From assembly GCF_036365525.1 (NCBI RefSeq), contig NC_090416.1, positions 13,022,822-13,074,322 of the forward strand: a DNA stretch of 51,501 nucleotides, in the 5' to 3' direction. Shown piece after piece: positions 10,620-22,182 of the stretch. Numbering within the stretch: position 1 is the stretch's first letter; each line of letters starts with the position of its first letter. The position numbers and the translations under genes are program-made. Source of the stretch: Heterodontus francisci. Lineage: Eukaryota. The notes below the pieces were generated by a model, which was given only the letters and a program-made list of their open reading frames with translations, did not search any database and had not been told where the DNA came from.

Positions 10620-11823
10620 GCAGCGCCGAGCAGGAAGTGGACTCTTGCCCCCGCCGGGCGGGGCTGCCTTTGTGCCGCCAAGGTGGTGGAGGGACGGAAG
10701 AGGAAGAGGAAGGGCTTTCATTTCCGGGTTGAGAGGCTCAATCAAACTATGGACATGAGGAGGGGGTTAGGGGGGTAAAAACCCGGGGGTTACCTCAGGA
10801 TCTGCCATATTTACCGAGTGTGCGGGGGTCTGGGGGGTCAGGGGCCAATTTTAGCCTCAGTTTTTGTTTGCATTGATATCCTGCGGTAGGGGGGGGGGAG
10901 GTGAAGGGGGTGCTGACGTCAGCAGGTGCAATTTAAAGGGGAAGAGGGTGGGGGTTAAAGGGGAAAGAGGTTACAACGAATAAGGGATAAGCTGGGACGG
11001 TCAACCGGGATCATGAGGTCAATGGGGCCATGACATGTGTTGAGTGGCAACGATCGCGATAAAACGGTACCCAACCCCACCCACGCACGCAAACGTCAAA
11101 TACACGGGAAAATTAACCGCCAACGCATCTATTCATTGGCTAGATATTGTGGGTCTTGGATTCACCCTCCCCACCTCCCCCTCTCCGCCGCCCCCCACAC
11201 ACAACTCCCCTGCCCACGGGTGGTGGCTGGAGAAAGGAGCGGGACTTAAGGAGTCGGGGAAGAGCGTTGGCGCCCGAGTTGGTCTTGGGGAGTGGGGGCC
11301 GGGGTTTGGAAAGGCCGAGGGATCGAAGAGCGGAGGCGGTCGAGTGAGGGGACGCACTTGGCCGGGGGTTCCCTGCAGCCCGTCGGTTGGGGCCGCCCAA
11401 GAGCCGACCGGGAGGGGGGATCCGCTCTGCCAGCGGGGGGGGGGGGGGGGGGTGGGTTTCGGAGAGGCAGGGTGAGGGGAGGAGGAAGCTCCCCTCCTCC
11501 CGCCCCGCGTTGTTGGCGGGAGAGGATTATTTTAGACGCCCACCCGCCAAAGACTGCCCGGGGCGAAACCCGCCCACCTCTTTATTGGCGCTGGGGGACG
11601 TTGGAGGGTCCGTTGGAGACCCACCTTCACACCGAGACCAGCAACTCAGATCGGCAGACGGCTGCATCTCGGGATAACGGCCTCGTGAGGCTGCAGGAGG
11701 GGAGAGGAGAACAGGGCAGGGCGGGTTTGTCAGGTCAACCCGCCTCAACCCCCAAGCGATAACGGGCGCTCCCAGAGATTTTCGGGAGGTTTCCCGCAGC
11801 TGGTTGGTGTCAGAACAGCGGAG
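10620..11823 (+). promoter_or_regulatory. GC/CpG-rich promoter and 5'-UTR region of MINDY1
   Basis: ETS motifs (caggaagtg at 10631, cggaag at 10695), perfect CRE TGACGTCA at 10914-10921 and GC boxes. TSS not determinable. Confidence 0.5.
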
Positions 11824-12405
11824 ATGACGGAGGCCGGTCACCCGGAGCACGGGGGCGTCACGGAGCTGGAAGGGACCGGGGCCGGCGCGCCCGGTCAACC
11901 GGCCGCGCCAAAGCCGGCGCCCGCTGGACGGCCCGCGGCTGATCCGAAGGACCCCTCCGCCGATCTTGGCGAGGGGGAGTCGGAGACCTCCGGAAGCCGG
12001 TCGAGGGGGGAGCCCGAGGCTGCCTCCGCGCTCCCGTCGAGCGAGGAGGCCGTGGTGCCGGCGTCCGACGGGGCTCAGAGGCCGTGCGCCGAGGGCCAGG
12101 CGGGAGGTAACGGCACCGTGTCGCTGATCGGCGCCGCGCCCTCTGCAGAGTCCGGGGGCGACGGGCCCCTCCGGCCAGCGGAGGCCGGGTCCAGTCAGGC
12201 AGCCGGAGTGTCCTCACTGAGCCCAGATGAGCCGTCGCAGAGCGCCGCCGCGAGGCCTGCCCTCGCCAGGACCGACCCTGGCAACACCTTCTACCTGGTG
12301 AAGTGGATCAGCTGGAAGAACGAGAAGACCCCCTTAATCACCCAGAGCGAGAACGGACCCTGCCCCCTCATCGCCATCATTAACGTCTTGCTGCTGCGGT
12401 GGAAG
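11824..12405 (+). CDS. MINDY1: MINDY1 (FAM63A) K48 deubiquitinase, coding exon 1
   Basis: Low-complexity N-terminus, then FYLVKWISWK..ITQSENGPCPL (catalytic Gln/Cys); donor AAG|gtacgt. Confidence 0.9.
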
Positions 12406-12684
12406 GTACGTGGTGAACCGCGGGCTGGGGGCGCGCGGAGGGTACGTGGTGAACCGCGGGCTGGGGGCGCGCGGAGGGTGATTTTCCATTTATACGCGTC
12501 GTTGAGCCCATAATCCCGGCCGACGCTCCCAGTGCCAGTACCGAGGGAGTGCCGCACTGCCGGAGGTGCCTGATTTCACTCCTTGAGATGTTTTACCAGG
12601 TTAAAGGCGCTACGTAAATGCAGTCCGTTCGAGGAAGGACAGCTGTTGAATAATATATTCTGAACTGTTTTATTGCCCCTGCAG

Positions 12685-12742
12685 GTGAAGTTGCCGCCGC
12701 AGATGGAGGTGATATCGGTCGAGCAGTTAATGACTCTCCTCG
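12685..12742 (+). CDS. MINDY1: MINDY1 coding exon 2 (58 nt)
   Basis: cag|VKLPPQMEVISVEQLMTLL G|gtaaat. Confidence 0.92.
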
Positions 12743-13109
12743 GTAAATACGGATTCCCGGGACTTGGCTTTTCCGGCGCTCCCCTCGGCCGCTCTCCCAC
12801 CCTCCGCGAACCTCAGCTCAGCCGGGTCGCCGCTGCCGAGTCCCCTGCGCCCAGCCTCGTGCTCCTGGTCCAACACCGCGCCGTCTCTCCGCACGAGACG
12901 TTAAACCGAGACCCCTCGTCTGGCCCTCTCGGGTGGGTGTAAAAGATCCCACGGCCGCTATTGGAGGAAGAGTTGGGGGTACGGGGGGTGGGGGGAGGGG
13001 TTGGTGGGGTGAGTTCTCCCCGGTGCGTTAAAACCCAGCCTCGGGGGGTGCTCGTTCACCCTGTCTTATCCCAGTCCGTGTTTTTATTCCTCTCTCTCTC
13101 TCTGCCCAG

Positions 13110-13174
13110 GTGACTGTGTGCTCTCCGCCAAGCCGAAGGAGAATTCGGAGGGGCTGCAGCTGAACTTTGAGCAG
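13110..13174 (+). CDS. MINDY1: MINDY1 coding exon 3 (65 nt)
   Basis: DCVLSAKPKENSEGLQLNFEQ; SEGLQLNF is MINDY1-type; phases are consistent. Confidence 0.92.
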
Positions 13175-13370
13175 GTATTTCGTAGAAGACTGGCCTTCTT
13201 TCCCACCCCCCCAGCCCCCTCGCTCCTCCATGCCCCCTCACCGCCAGGGATCGGGGCTTCCAGGCTGGGTCAGAGGAACGCCTAGGGGTCGGAGCACATG
13301 GCGATAACCTGTTACCCTGTTAATGGCACTGGCTGTAAAAGCTCCTTCATCTCTGTCTGTCTCTCTCTAG

Positions 13371-13529
13371 AATATGAATGATGCTATGGCAGTCCTTCCC
13401 AAGCTCTCCACCGGCCTGGATGTCAACGTCCGCTTCACGGGAGTTGCCGACTTTGAGTACACCCCAGAATGCATTGTGTTTGACCTGTTGGATGTCCCCC
13501 TTTATCACGGCTGGCTTGTTGACCCGCAG
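13371..13529 (+). CDS. MINDY1: MINDY1 coding exon 4 (159 nt)
   Basis: NMNDAMAVLPKLSTGLDVNVRFTGV..PLYHGWLVDPQ|gtgaga. Confidence 0.95.
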
Positions 13530-13614
13530 GTGAGAGGGCGGGCGGCTTGCGGGCAAACCCCGAGAGTCTGATGCTTAAAATCGAAGATTGTTCTTAATTT
13601 TTCGGGTGGTTTCG

Positions 13615-13980
13615 GGCCCCGTAATCCCAGTCGAGGCTCCCGGTGCCAGTACCGAGGGAGTGCCGCACTGCCGGAGGTGCCGTCTGCCCCTCTCGGGCAG
13701 ATGTAAGGGATCCCACGGCCGCTATTGGAAGAAGGGGTTGGGGGGGGGGGGGGATGCGGGGTGGTTCTCCCCGGTGACCTGGGGCCCCAATATTTATCCC
13801 CAAACCAACATCGGTAAAATTAAATCTGGGTCACCATCGCATTGCTGTTCGTGGGATCGTGCCCTGCGCGAGTCGGCCGCCGGTTATTGCAACAGTGGCC
13901 GCAGTCCGGGTGCTTCATTGGCTACGAGGCACTTTGGGATGTCCCGAGCTGGTGCAAGGCGCTATAGCAATGCATGTTCT
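13615..13980 (+). mobile_element. Deu-domain SINE (SacSINE1-like), intronic
   Basis: gagggagtgccgcactg...gatcccacggcc...aatatttatccc, with an L2-like tail ggcgctat. Confidence 0.7.
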
Positions 13981-14130
13981 TGCCTGGTGTCGATTCCAGC
14001 CGATTTTTCTGGGTCTGTTTTAAACAGTGCAGGTGAGCCTGGGACCTTGTCTGACTTCACCCACTTGTTCCTGTGTGAAGTGAGGCTAATGGAGACCATC
14101 TCTCTCCCTCCCTCTCCCCTTCTCCCACAG

Positions 14131-14233
14131 AGCTGTGAGATGATGCAAGCGGTTGGGAGGTGCAGCTATAACCAGCTGGTGGAGAAGATCATCTTCTCGA
14201 AAAACTCCACGGACAGCACGCTGGTCAGCGAAG
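14131..14233 (+). CDS. MINDY1: MINDY1 coding exon 5 (103 nt)
   Basis: SCEMMQAVGRCSYNQLVEKII..LVSE G|gtaagc. Confidence 0.93.
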
Positions 14234-15178
14234 GTAAGCCGGTCAGAAACACGCGGCTGGCGGGCGTTTGGGGTGGGGCGTTTGCCCCTGCTGGCAGCCG
14301 GAAATTCAACCGTGAGGGGCATCGCGTCCAGTCTCGACCGGAGGAGATTCGACTGCGGGCGGCGGCGCCACCTGCAGTCCGGGCAGCACTGCGTCCCCCT
14401 TCCGGTCGCAGCCGGAAATTCGGCTGCGGGAGACATCGCGTCCAGTCCGCCAGACGTTCCCTGGGTTGGGGTGTGCGGCCCGGGTCCGACTCTCCCTTGG
14501 CCCTTTCGTTTCCCTGGCTGTGCCCAACTTTGCCGGGGCGGCCCCTCTCCCGTCCTGACCCCCGCACCCCGGCCTGCGGTCAGCGTTTTGGTCATTCTTG
14601 GGACGTGGGCCATGCTGGCAAAGCTGGCATTTATTGCCAATCCCTGAATTGTGGTGCCCCCTCACAGTTGAATGTCTGGATGAGATGGGATGTGATGCCA
14701 TCTGTGGTTGAATATCTGCCTGTGATGGCAGGTGATGCCGCCCGCGGTTAAACATCTGGAAGGACGGATGCAGCGCCTCCCGCGGACGGATTTCTGGTTG
14801 CAGCTGGATGCGATGCTACCCACGGTTGAATATCCAGCTGAGACGCCCCTCGCAGTTGAATATCCAATTGATCCTGGATGCGACGTCGCCCGCGGGTCGA
14901 ATGTCCCGATGCGACTGGACCCACAGCCGGGATTCCCAGCAGTCGCTCGCGACGACTCCTGCAGCCGAATAGCCGACCAGAACTCCTCGTGGTGTGGGGT
15001 TGGTGGGGGGGTGGTGGGTGCAGGGGGAGTTGGGGAAGAGCTGGCAGTGTACCTCTTCTCCAGGAAAGGGGTCTCGCCGCCTTCGGGGGGGGGGGTGGGG
15101 GGGGAGCGAGGGAAATTGGCCGAGGAGAAAGAGGAAGGAGGAGAATTAAGTCTGACACTGGTCTACGCTCTGGCGCAG

Positions 15179-15321
15179 GTCTCGTGGCGGAGCAGTTCCT
15201 CGACACCACCGCCACACAGCTGACCTATCACGGTCTCTGCGAGCTCACGGCCACGGCGAAGGAAGGCGAGCTCTGCGCGTTCTTCCGGAATAATCACTTC
15301 AGCACAATGACTAAGCACAAG
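15179..15321 (+). CDS. MINDY1: MINDY1 coding exon 6 (143 nt)
   Basis: LVAEQFLDTTATQLTYHGLCEL..FFRNNHFSTMTKHK (catalytic His). Confidence 0.95.
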
Positions 15322-15469
15322 GTAGGAAACTCGGCTGGAGTTAAACACTGGGATCCTTCAGACGAGCCCCACACTTTCTCTAACGACGGGGTGTTGCTGG
15401 TCCCCTCTCGCTGCCAGGTCACTGAGCTGATCTACTACATTAGCCTCGTCCTTCCTCTTCACATCCATC

Positions 15470-15705
15470 CCAATCCAGGCCGACGCTCCCAGTGCCAGTA
15501 CTGAGGGAGTGCTGCACCGTCGGATGAGACGTTAAACCGAGGCCCCTGTCTGCCCTCGTGTGGATGTGAAAGATCCCACAGCTGCTGTTGGAAGAGGGAC
15601 GGGGGGGCGAGGAGAGTTCATCCCCCCCCGTGTCTTGGGACCAATATTTATCCCTCAACCAACGTTACTAAAAAAAAAAACCAGACGATCTGGGTCATTA
15701 TCAGC
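15470..15705 (+). mobile_element. Deu-domain SINE fragment
   Basis: ggatgagacgttaaaccgaggcccc...aaagatccca Deu core. Confidence 0.7.
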
Positions 15706-15971
15706 GGGGAACGAAACCCCCGGCCGATTCTCCCCGCCCCCGACTGCGAGCGGTCCCGGGGTTGAGCCAGACATGAGCAGAGTCGGGCTGCCTGGGCCTC
15801 CTCTCCCGACAGTATTTAACCCCAGTTCAAGCCGCGTTTATCATAAGGCGAGTAGGAGGCGGGATCGGAGTCGAGCGTCGGGACAGCAGGTATTTCTGGA
15901 GCTGATTCTGACCAGCGCCCCGGGGTGCTGTGTTTTTTTTTTGTGTCCCCTCCCTGCCCTCGTTTGCACAG

Positions 15972-16154
15972 GGTCACCTGTACCTGCTCGTGACGGACCA
16001 GGGTTTCCTGTCCGAGCAGAAGGTAGTGTGGGAGAGCCTTCACAACGTGGAGGGAGACGGGAACTTCTGCGACTCCGAGTTCTGCCTCAGCCACCCTTCG
16101 GGCCGTCAGCTGCCCTACGCAGTCGCTCAGGCCCCGCAGCAGCAGATCGACCAG
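15972..16154 (+). CDS. MINDY1: MINDY1 coding exon 7 (183 nt)
   Basis: GHLYLLVTDQGFLSEQKVVWESLHNVEGDGNFCDS..QQQIDQ|gtaggg. Confidence 0.95.
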
Positions 16155-16409
16155 GTAGGGAACACTCCGCGTCAATGGACCCAACCACACCACCCCCCCT
16201 CTCCTGACCCTCTTCAGAATTCAAGCCTCCCTCCTGTTGGTTAAACCTCCGTCACCGTCACCTTAGTCACCCAGAGATTCCAAGGTTTGCTGTGTGTGGG
16301 ATCTTGCTGTGCGCAAATTGGCTGCCACGTCTCCCACATTACAGCAGTGACCGCACTTCCAAAAGACTTCAGCGCGCCTGTGGTAATGAGAGACGATCAG
16401 AGCCTGAAG

Positions 16410-16735
16410 TTTAAAGTTCTTTGCCTTGTTTTTAAATCCTCCTCCCCATCTCTGTCACCTCCTCCAATTCCAGCCTCTCGCCCATCCCTCCCGATTCCCA
16501 TCGCTTCACCATTGGCGGCCGTGCCTTCAGCTGCCTGGGGGGGCCCTAAGCTGTGGAATTCCCTCCTTAAACCTCTCCGCCTCTCTCTCTCTCTCCTCCT
16601 TTAAGACGCTCCTTAAAACTGACCTGTCCCTAATATCTCATGTGGCTCGGGGTCAAATGGTGTTCGATACCGCTGCTGCGAAGCACCTTGGGATGCTTTG
16701 CAACATCAAAGGCGCTACGTCAACGCAGGTTGCTG
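16410..16735 (+). mobile_element. L2-type LINE 3' fragment
   Basis: Same family as 7905-8390 and 25235-25590. Confidence 0.7.
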
Positions 16736-16764
16736 TTCACTGCCTTGCTCTTGTGCCCTTGTAG

Positions 16765-16911
16765 GATTACATGGTGGCCCTTTCACTGCAGCAGCAGCAG
16801 CAACAGGGTCCAGGAGACATTAGCGACCTGGAGCTTGCCAAGAAGCTACAGGAAGAGGAGGATCAGCAAGCTGTCCAATATCTGCAGGAACAGGAACATG
16901 CAGCACAACCG
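16765..16911 (+). CDS. MINDY1: MINDY1 coding exon 8 (147 nt; tandem MIU ubiquitin-binding motifs)
   Basis: DYMVALSLQQQQ and SDLELAKKLQEEE; donor CCG|gtaaac. Confidence 0.92.
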
Positions 16912-17686
16912 GTAAACCTCCACAGTCTCTTGACAGCGCGGAGACAGGCCATTCGGCCCGTCTGCTGGTGTTTCTGCTCCACACCTCAGGTCACCCCTCA
17001 GTCTTCTCGTTTCCAGAGAAACGAGCCCCAGCCTGTTCAACCTTTCCTGATAGTTCTCGGATCGCCATCTCCAGTGCGTTTTTTAATAATGATGGAGACC
17101 GGAACTGTGCACAGTCACTCCCAAGGGTCGATTTAACTTCACTTCTCTGCTTTTATCTCTCCTCGGGGTGAACCCCGGTGGTTGGTTTGCTTTCTTTTTT
17201 TTTCATCAGCCCTGTTAATCTGTGCGGCGATATTTACTCATCTCCCCACAGACAGCAGTGGCACCGGTGACTGCCCTCCACTACACAGTGCCCGTTTGGC
17301 GCTGCTCTCCCCTTGAGGCTCATGCACGCACCCAGGGCTCGTGTGTCACCCCCCACCCCAACTCTCTGCCGACTGCCCTCAGGCAGAGATGAGGGACTTC
17401 AGTTAACGTGGAGAGACTGGGAGAAGCTGGGATTGTTCTCCTTAGAGCAGAGAAGGTTAAGGGGGAGATTTAATCGGGGCGTTCAAAATCAGGAAGGTAA
17501 ATAAGGAGAAACTGTTTCCACTGGCAGATTCAATAGTAACTTTCAAAAGGGGGAATTGGATAAATACTCGAAGGGGAAAACGTTTGCGCGTGTTCTGGGT
17601 CGTAAAGGGGGGGGGGGGGGGGGGAGGCAAAATAAAACGCAACCTCGAAATACACTCATCTCTCCTCTTTCTCTTCCACGTGACAG

Positions 17687-17809
17687 CAGGCGCCCCCAGC
17701 TCGCCAAGCAGCGGGCGCCGCACGGCAGGGAGCGGGCGCCAGACGGCAGGCAACGGGCGAACACAGGCCGCAGCGGGAAGAGAAGACCAAGGACTGCGCC
17801 ATCCTGTGA
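17687..17809 (+). CDS. MINDY1: MINDY1 last coding exon, ending in CaaX (…KTKDCAIL*)
   Basis: NAGNAG acceptor after a pyrimidine tract, in phase 0; TGA at 17807-17809. Confidence 0.88.
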   Translation, partial: QAPPARQAAGAARQGAGARRQATGEHRPQREEKTKDCAIL

Positions 17810-18067
17810 GCCGCCATCTTGCTTCCCCCCCCCCCCTACCTCCCGACCCCCAACCCGAGCAGATTTCCTGTTTATCGACCCTGCCCTTCTCTGCCTGCAG
17901 CCTCCGGTGGGGGGGGGGGGGGGGGGGGTAGATCCTCTGCTTCACGTACAAGAACGCTTCGCTGCGAGAAACACTACAAATGCCTGCCGAACCCCCCCCC
18001 ACCCCGAGAGAGTGTGAGGAGGAGATATTTTTGTCTGAAAACTGAGGGTCCTGGTTCCCACTTGGGC

Positions 18068-18319
18068 GGTTGCCAACTTTAGCTGGGTGTATTCCTGGAG
18101 CTTCCCCTCTCTCCTCCAATCGCCGTGCCCTCACCCCCACCCCTCCGTCATTGGCCGCCTGGCCCGTCCAATTGGACGTCAAATCAGCCATTTAAAAAAA
18201 AATTCTATATATATATACACAGCTAATTGACCGGAATTGCATGGAAAGAAAATTATTTTGAAAGAGACCGTTTTTAGTGCGGAAAACTCCGGAACAATCC
18301 CGGAGGGTTGGCAGACCCT
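18068..18319. mobile_element. hAT-type MITE in the MINDY1 3' UTR
   Basis: Imperfect TIRs GGTTGCCAAC...GGTTGGCAGACCCT; inverted relative of 46559-46785. Confidence 0.55.
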
Positions 18320-19008
18320 GGTCTTGCCGGGAGGGATTCTCCAGCCCCCCCCCGCCCCCTGTGCCTGCAAAGTTAGTGAGTGAGGAGCTCCCACTCGCTG
18401 CCTCTGCCCAGTGAGGGGGGGAAAGGGCCCTTTGGGTGAGGTACTGAGAGGAGTAAGGGCGTCGATCGCTTTCGATTCCGAAACGGAGCATTCTGCGGAG
18501 AGGCAGGAGACGCGGCCTTCACGCAAAGGAGAGTGGGAATCTGGAATACTCTCTCCTCCCAAAAAAAGCCGAGATGGATGGATTTGTTTTTTTGTCGGGT
18601 TACGGAACCAAGGTGGGGAGATGGGAGTCAAGATACATATACAGCCGTGACCCAAGTGAATGGGGCACGGGATAGAGGGGCTGAACGGCCTCCTCTCCTC
18701 TTCCGACGCTCCCTGCCCCCTCTCATATTAAACCGAGCAAGTTGGCAACGATCCACTGGGTCCCAGGTTCCGTTAGTTATCATGTACAAAGCACGCAGAA
18801 TGTCGCTCCTAATCGGAGTGTCGAAATACAGTAAAAGCTAAAGATCCCTCAAATATTCTGTCTCCCTCCCCCGCTGCCCCAGACTGTTAATAATGAACGG
18901 GTCCCGTCGCTGTATTTTCAAAGCACGCGATTGTTAACTTTACCTTTGCCTCAGTACCTTAGGATTTGGTTTTCGGAAATGGACGTATGTGTGTGTATAT
19001 ATATCTGC

Positions 19009-19014
19009 AATAAA
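19009..19014 (+). terminator. Candidate MINDY1 poly(A) signal AATAAA
   Basis: Canonical hexamer about 1.2 kb after the stop, followed by a GT/T-rich stretch. Confidence 0.5.
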
Positions 19015-19838
19015 ACACAGAAATCTTCCAGTGTCTTCTTTCAGTTGTTCCCTCGTTGCGGGACCGCAGGGACTGGCTTCAGGACCAGCGGCCCACGTGG
19101 ACGGTGAGGGCATGGGAGCCAGAGGGGAAGGCCCGAGAGCAAAGCTCAAAAGGAGCAGGGGGAGGCCATTCAGCCCCTCGAGCCTGTTTCCCCCCCCCCC
19201 CCACCCCACTCTTCTTCCAATATCGATCGACTGTATCCTAGAAATCCACCTGATACGGGCAGACATTTAACATCACAACCGAAAGACAGCACCTACGACA
19301 GTGCGGCACTCCCTCAGTACTGGCGGGAAACCCGATTGGCCCCCGTGAGGCATCTGTCATCGCGTGGCGTCAGACGCCGCACACCTCCGCTAACAGACGC
19401 GCGCCCCCCCGAAGCCCCACAGAGATCGGACGCAGCGAGTGACAGAGAAACAGAAATTATTATTTTTCTTGTGATGGTTAAAAACCACAGCGTTACAGTT
19501 AAACAGGCAGGGTAAGGGGGGGCAGCTCTTGACATGGTGGTCGGAGATCACTGGGACAGGGGAGGGGGGGGGGGTAGGGAAGAGGGATGGAGGTGGGGGG
19601 GGGGTGGGGGGAGGGCTCTCTCTCCAGCCACAGACACTCCCTCCAAGTACATTCAATCCTCGAAGCTGGAAATCACGGCGGGTCACACACGAGTGCAGGG
19701 CGTGCGAATGTCGATTTGCCACCCCAGCGATGCCTGTCTGTGTTTACCCTTCGATAGTTCAGGCTCTCTTGCCCCCCCCCCCTTCCTCCTCAGACAGTGG
19801 CCGTTTCCGATCCGGGCTTTCCCTCGCCGCCCCTGGAC

Positions 19839-19915
19839 TCAGATCTTCTCCACGTAGTTGCCGGGCAGCAGCCCCTCCTTCCCGCGGATGCGGCCGATCC
19901 ACCATCCGGACGGAT
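19839..19915 (-). CDS. MYO1E: MYO1E-like myosin, last exon (SH3 end)
   Basis: [25 protein letters not shown]. Confidence 0.92.
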
Positions 19916-20064
19916 CTGTGCAGGTCGGACAGAAACGGGAGAGGGCTCAGCCACGTCCTGCCAGCGCGCTTGAGAATTCCCGCACGAGACCGCGCACGAA
20001 AACCGGGAGAAAGCAGCGAGGTGTTTTGAGAGATGAGCCCCCCCTCCGCCGCTCTGACTCTTAC

Positions 20065-20240
20065 CTTCCCTCACGATCTCGATGATATCCTCGGCATTGA
20101 AGCTCAGCTCGTCCGTGTCCTGCGCGTCGTAGGCGTAGAGGGCTCGACACCGGGCGTGCCGAGGCCGGGCCTTGGGCTGGGGTTTGGCTCGACCCCCTCC
20201 GGGCACCGGCTTCACCTCCTTCGACATCCGCCTCTGCAAG
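20065..20240 (-). CDS. MYO1E: MYO1E-like exon (TH2 end, SH3 start)
   Basis: CRALYAYDAQDTDELSFNAEDIIEIVRE; canonical ag/gt; 176 nt, phase-consistent. Confidence 0.93.
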
Positions 20241-20810
20241 CTGCGTGATGAGGGCAAGGGGGAACAAACAAAGGTCCGGCTTAAAAAACAGATTTACACC
20301 CCAAACCTCCACTCTCCATTGCCCCCGGAACCTCACTTTCCCCCCGCTCCGTCTCTCTCTCTCTCTCTCTTTGGGGTTCTGTCACCCTCCCAGTCTCCCC
20401 GAACCCCAGAAGTGGTGTTGGCGGGCTATTTGACCAGGGAGGGCTGCACAGCCCAGCCCATTGTCCTCTGCAGAGGGATTGGGGTTCCGATATGAGACAC
20501 GAGCTGTTGGAAAATCCAATCATTTGATCACATTGACACCGAGAGGCAATGGAACAGATTTGAGATCAGGATATCGGTCCCACCCGCGCTAACTAACTAA
20601 ATATTGGGAAGACAGAAGCCATTGTCTTCGGCTCGCCCCCCCCCCCTCCTCGCCCCTGTCCCCATCTCCGTCACCTCCTCCAGCCCCAGAAGGTACGCTA
20701 TTCGACTTCGGGGGGCATCGCGGCCCAGCCCCTTCCTGGAGCATCTCTCCGGCCGAGATGGGCTAACAGCGGGTTGAGGGATGGGGGGTGGGGGGAAACC
20801 TTCGACCTAC

Positions 20811-20991
20811 CCAGCGACTCCCTGCTCCGGCACGTTCATGAAGTCGAGGTTCTGCTGGGCGGGGTGGGCCTTGGCTCTGGGGCAGGCCCCCTGGCGGGGC
20901 AGGGTGGGCTGGTCCATGCTGGTCTGTCGGCGGAGGGTGTGCGTCTGGCTGGGCTGGTGCCTGGCCCCAGTCTGGAGCCTCCTGTCGCCAC
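20811..20991 (-). CDS. MYO1E: MYO1E-like exon (TH2)
   Basis: RRQTSMDQP..LDFMNVPEQGVAG; 181 nt, phase-consistent. Confidence 0.88.
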
Positions 20992-21235
20992 CTTGAAGGA
21001 AGGAAGAACAGAGAGCGAGGGAAGTCTTTGTCTTCATCTGCTGCTCCCCTGTGATTTCGGCTCAGGCTCGAGCAGCAACAACAACAACAACTGGTATTTA
21101 TATGGCACCTTTAACCTAGTTAAAAACATCCCCAAACGCTTCACCGGAGCGTTATCAGACAAAATCTGACCCCGAGACGCGTAAGGAGACATGAGCTGAG
21201 ACGGGGCGAAGACTAGGGCTGAAATCTCAGTGTAC

Positions 21236-21298
21236 CTGCAGAATGCCGGGGCTTTGTATCGATGAACGTGCTCTTCCTCTTGTCTTTCCTCGTGGGCC
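21236..21298 (-). CDS. MYO1E: MYO1E-like exon (TH2 start, 63 nt)
   Basis: (R)PTRKDKRKSTFIDTKPRHSA continues PKNS-RPTR; phases match both neighbours. Confidence 0.8.
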
Positions 21299-21766
21299 CT
21301 AGAGATTAACAATACTAGATTAATCAGGGGTCCGTAACGTATTGACAGGTATGTAGGCCGCAACCCCGCATATAGGTCACGCACACCCCCAGTCCACAGC
21401 GGTCTAAACATCAAACCGGCTGTTCTTGTAGAATCGGGGGCGTGGGGAAGCGAGACGGAAGGCCCCTCGTCTAACGGGTCAGCAGCTTAAAGTGGATGCA
21501 AAGCACCTTGCTCGTTCCCATGCAGGAAACGCGGCAGCCCAATTTGCGCACAGCAAGATCCCACAAACAGCAAGGCGATAATGACCCAGATCGTCTGTAT
21601 TTAGATTTTTTTTTCTAAAAAGTGATGTCAACCGTGCCCCCTACCCAACTACTTCCAATAGCGGCCGTGGGATCTTTTACATCCACCCGAGAGGGGCAGA
21701 CGGTTGGGGGTGGGGGGGGGGGGGGAGGGGGTATGAAAGAAGAGTCAAGGGTATGAGAGCACGTAC

Positions 21767-21924
21767 TCGAGTTCTTGGGCAGTCCGGGTCCAATGGTGAC
21801 CACCAGCACTTTACTCGTCAGCTTCAAGATGGCGACTTCTCCGTGACCCTGCTGGAACTGGATGTGGCGGGACCCGGCCGCCGCCCATGGACCCCAGCCG
21901 CCCTTCTTCACTTTGAACTCCAAC
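21767..21924 (-). CDS. MYO1E: MYO1E-like exon (TH1 end)
   Basis: [28 protein letters not shown], closer to MYO1E than MYO1F. Confidence 0.92.
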
Positions 21925-22035
21925 CTGCAAGGCGAAAAGGGCGAAGGTCACCACCGCGGGAGCAGTCTCCTCCCTTCCCCACCACCCCCCCCCCCCCACC
22001 CACCTCAAGACCTTTCTCCCGCCCGACAGACTCAC

Positions 22036-22182
22036 AGGTTGTTGAACTTGGTTTGAAGTTTCTTCTGCGTCTTTTCCTCAAAGCGCCTGCACAGAAGGCT
22101 GAGGAGCTCGGTCTTGAACGTACACTCCAGGACGCTGTCGTACTGCTGCTCGTGGACAATGAGGAAGTCGTCCTGCATCGTG
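22036..22182 (-). CDS. MYO1E: MYO1E-like exon (TH1)
   Basis: TMQDDFLIVHEQQYDSVLECTFKTELLSLL; 147 nt. Confidence 0.92.

Noticed and set aside
10241-10745. ORFs of about 150 aa on both strands
   Set aside because: By-product of the GC-rich CTCF/ETS repeat array
10794-10808. Minus-strand ATG GCA GAT CCT GAG|GTAACC (MADPE) as the first exon of a divergent gene
   Set aside because: No downstream exon found; splicing to the C2CD4 acceptor gives an immediate stop
13588-14751. 387-aa ORF
   Set aside because: Chance read-through of a SINE, intron sequence and MINDY1 exon 5
18944-19004. Minus-strand exon-like segment (ttttattgcAG…AAG|GTAAAG)
   Set aside because: No coding similarity; its pyrimidine tract is also explained as the complement of the MINDY1 AATAAA
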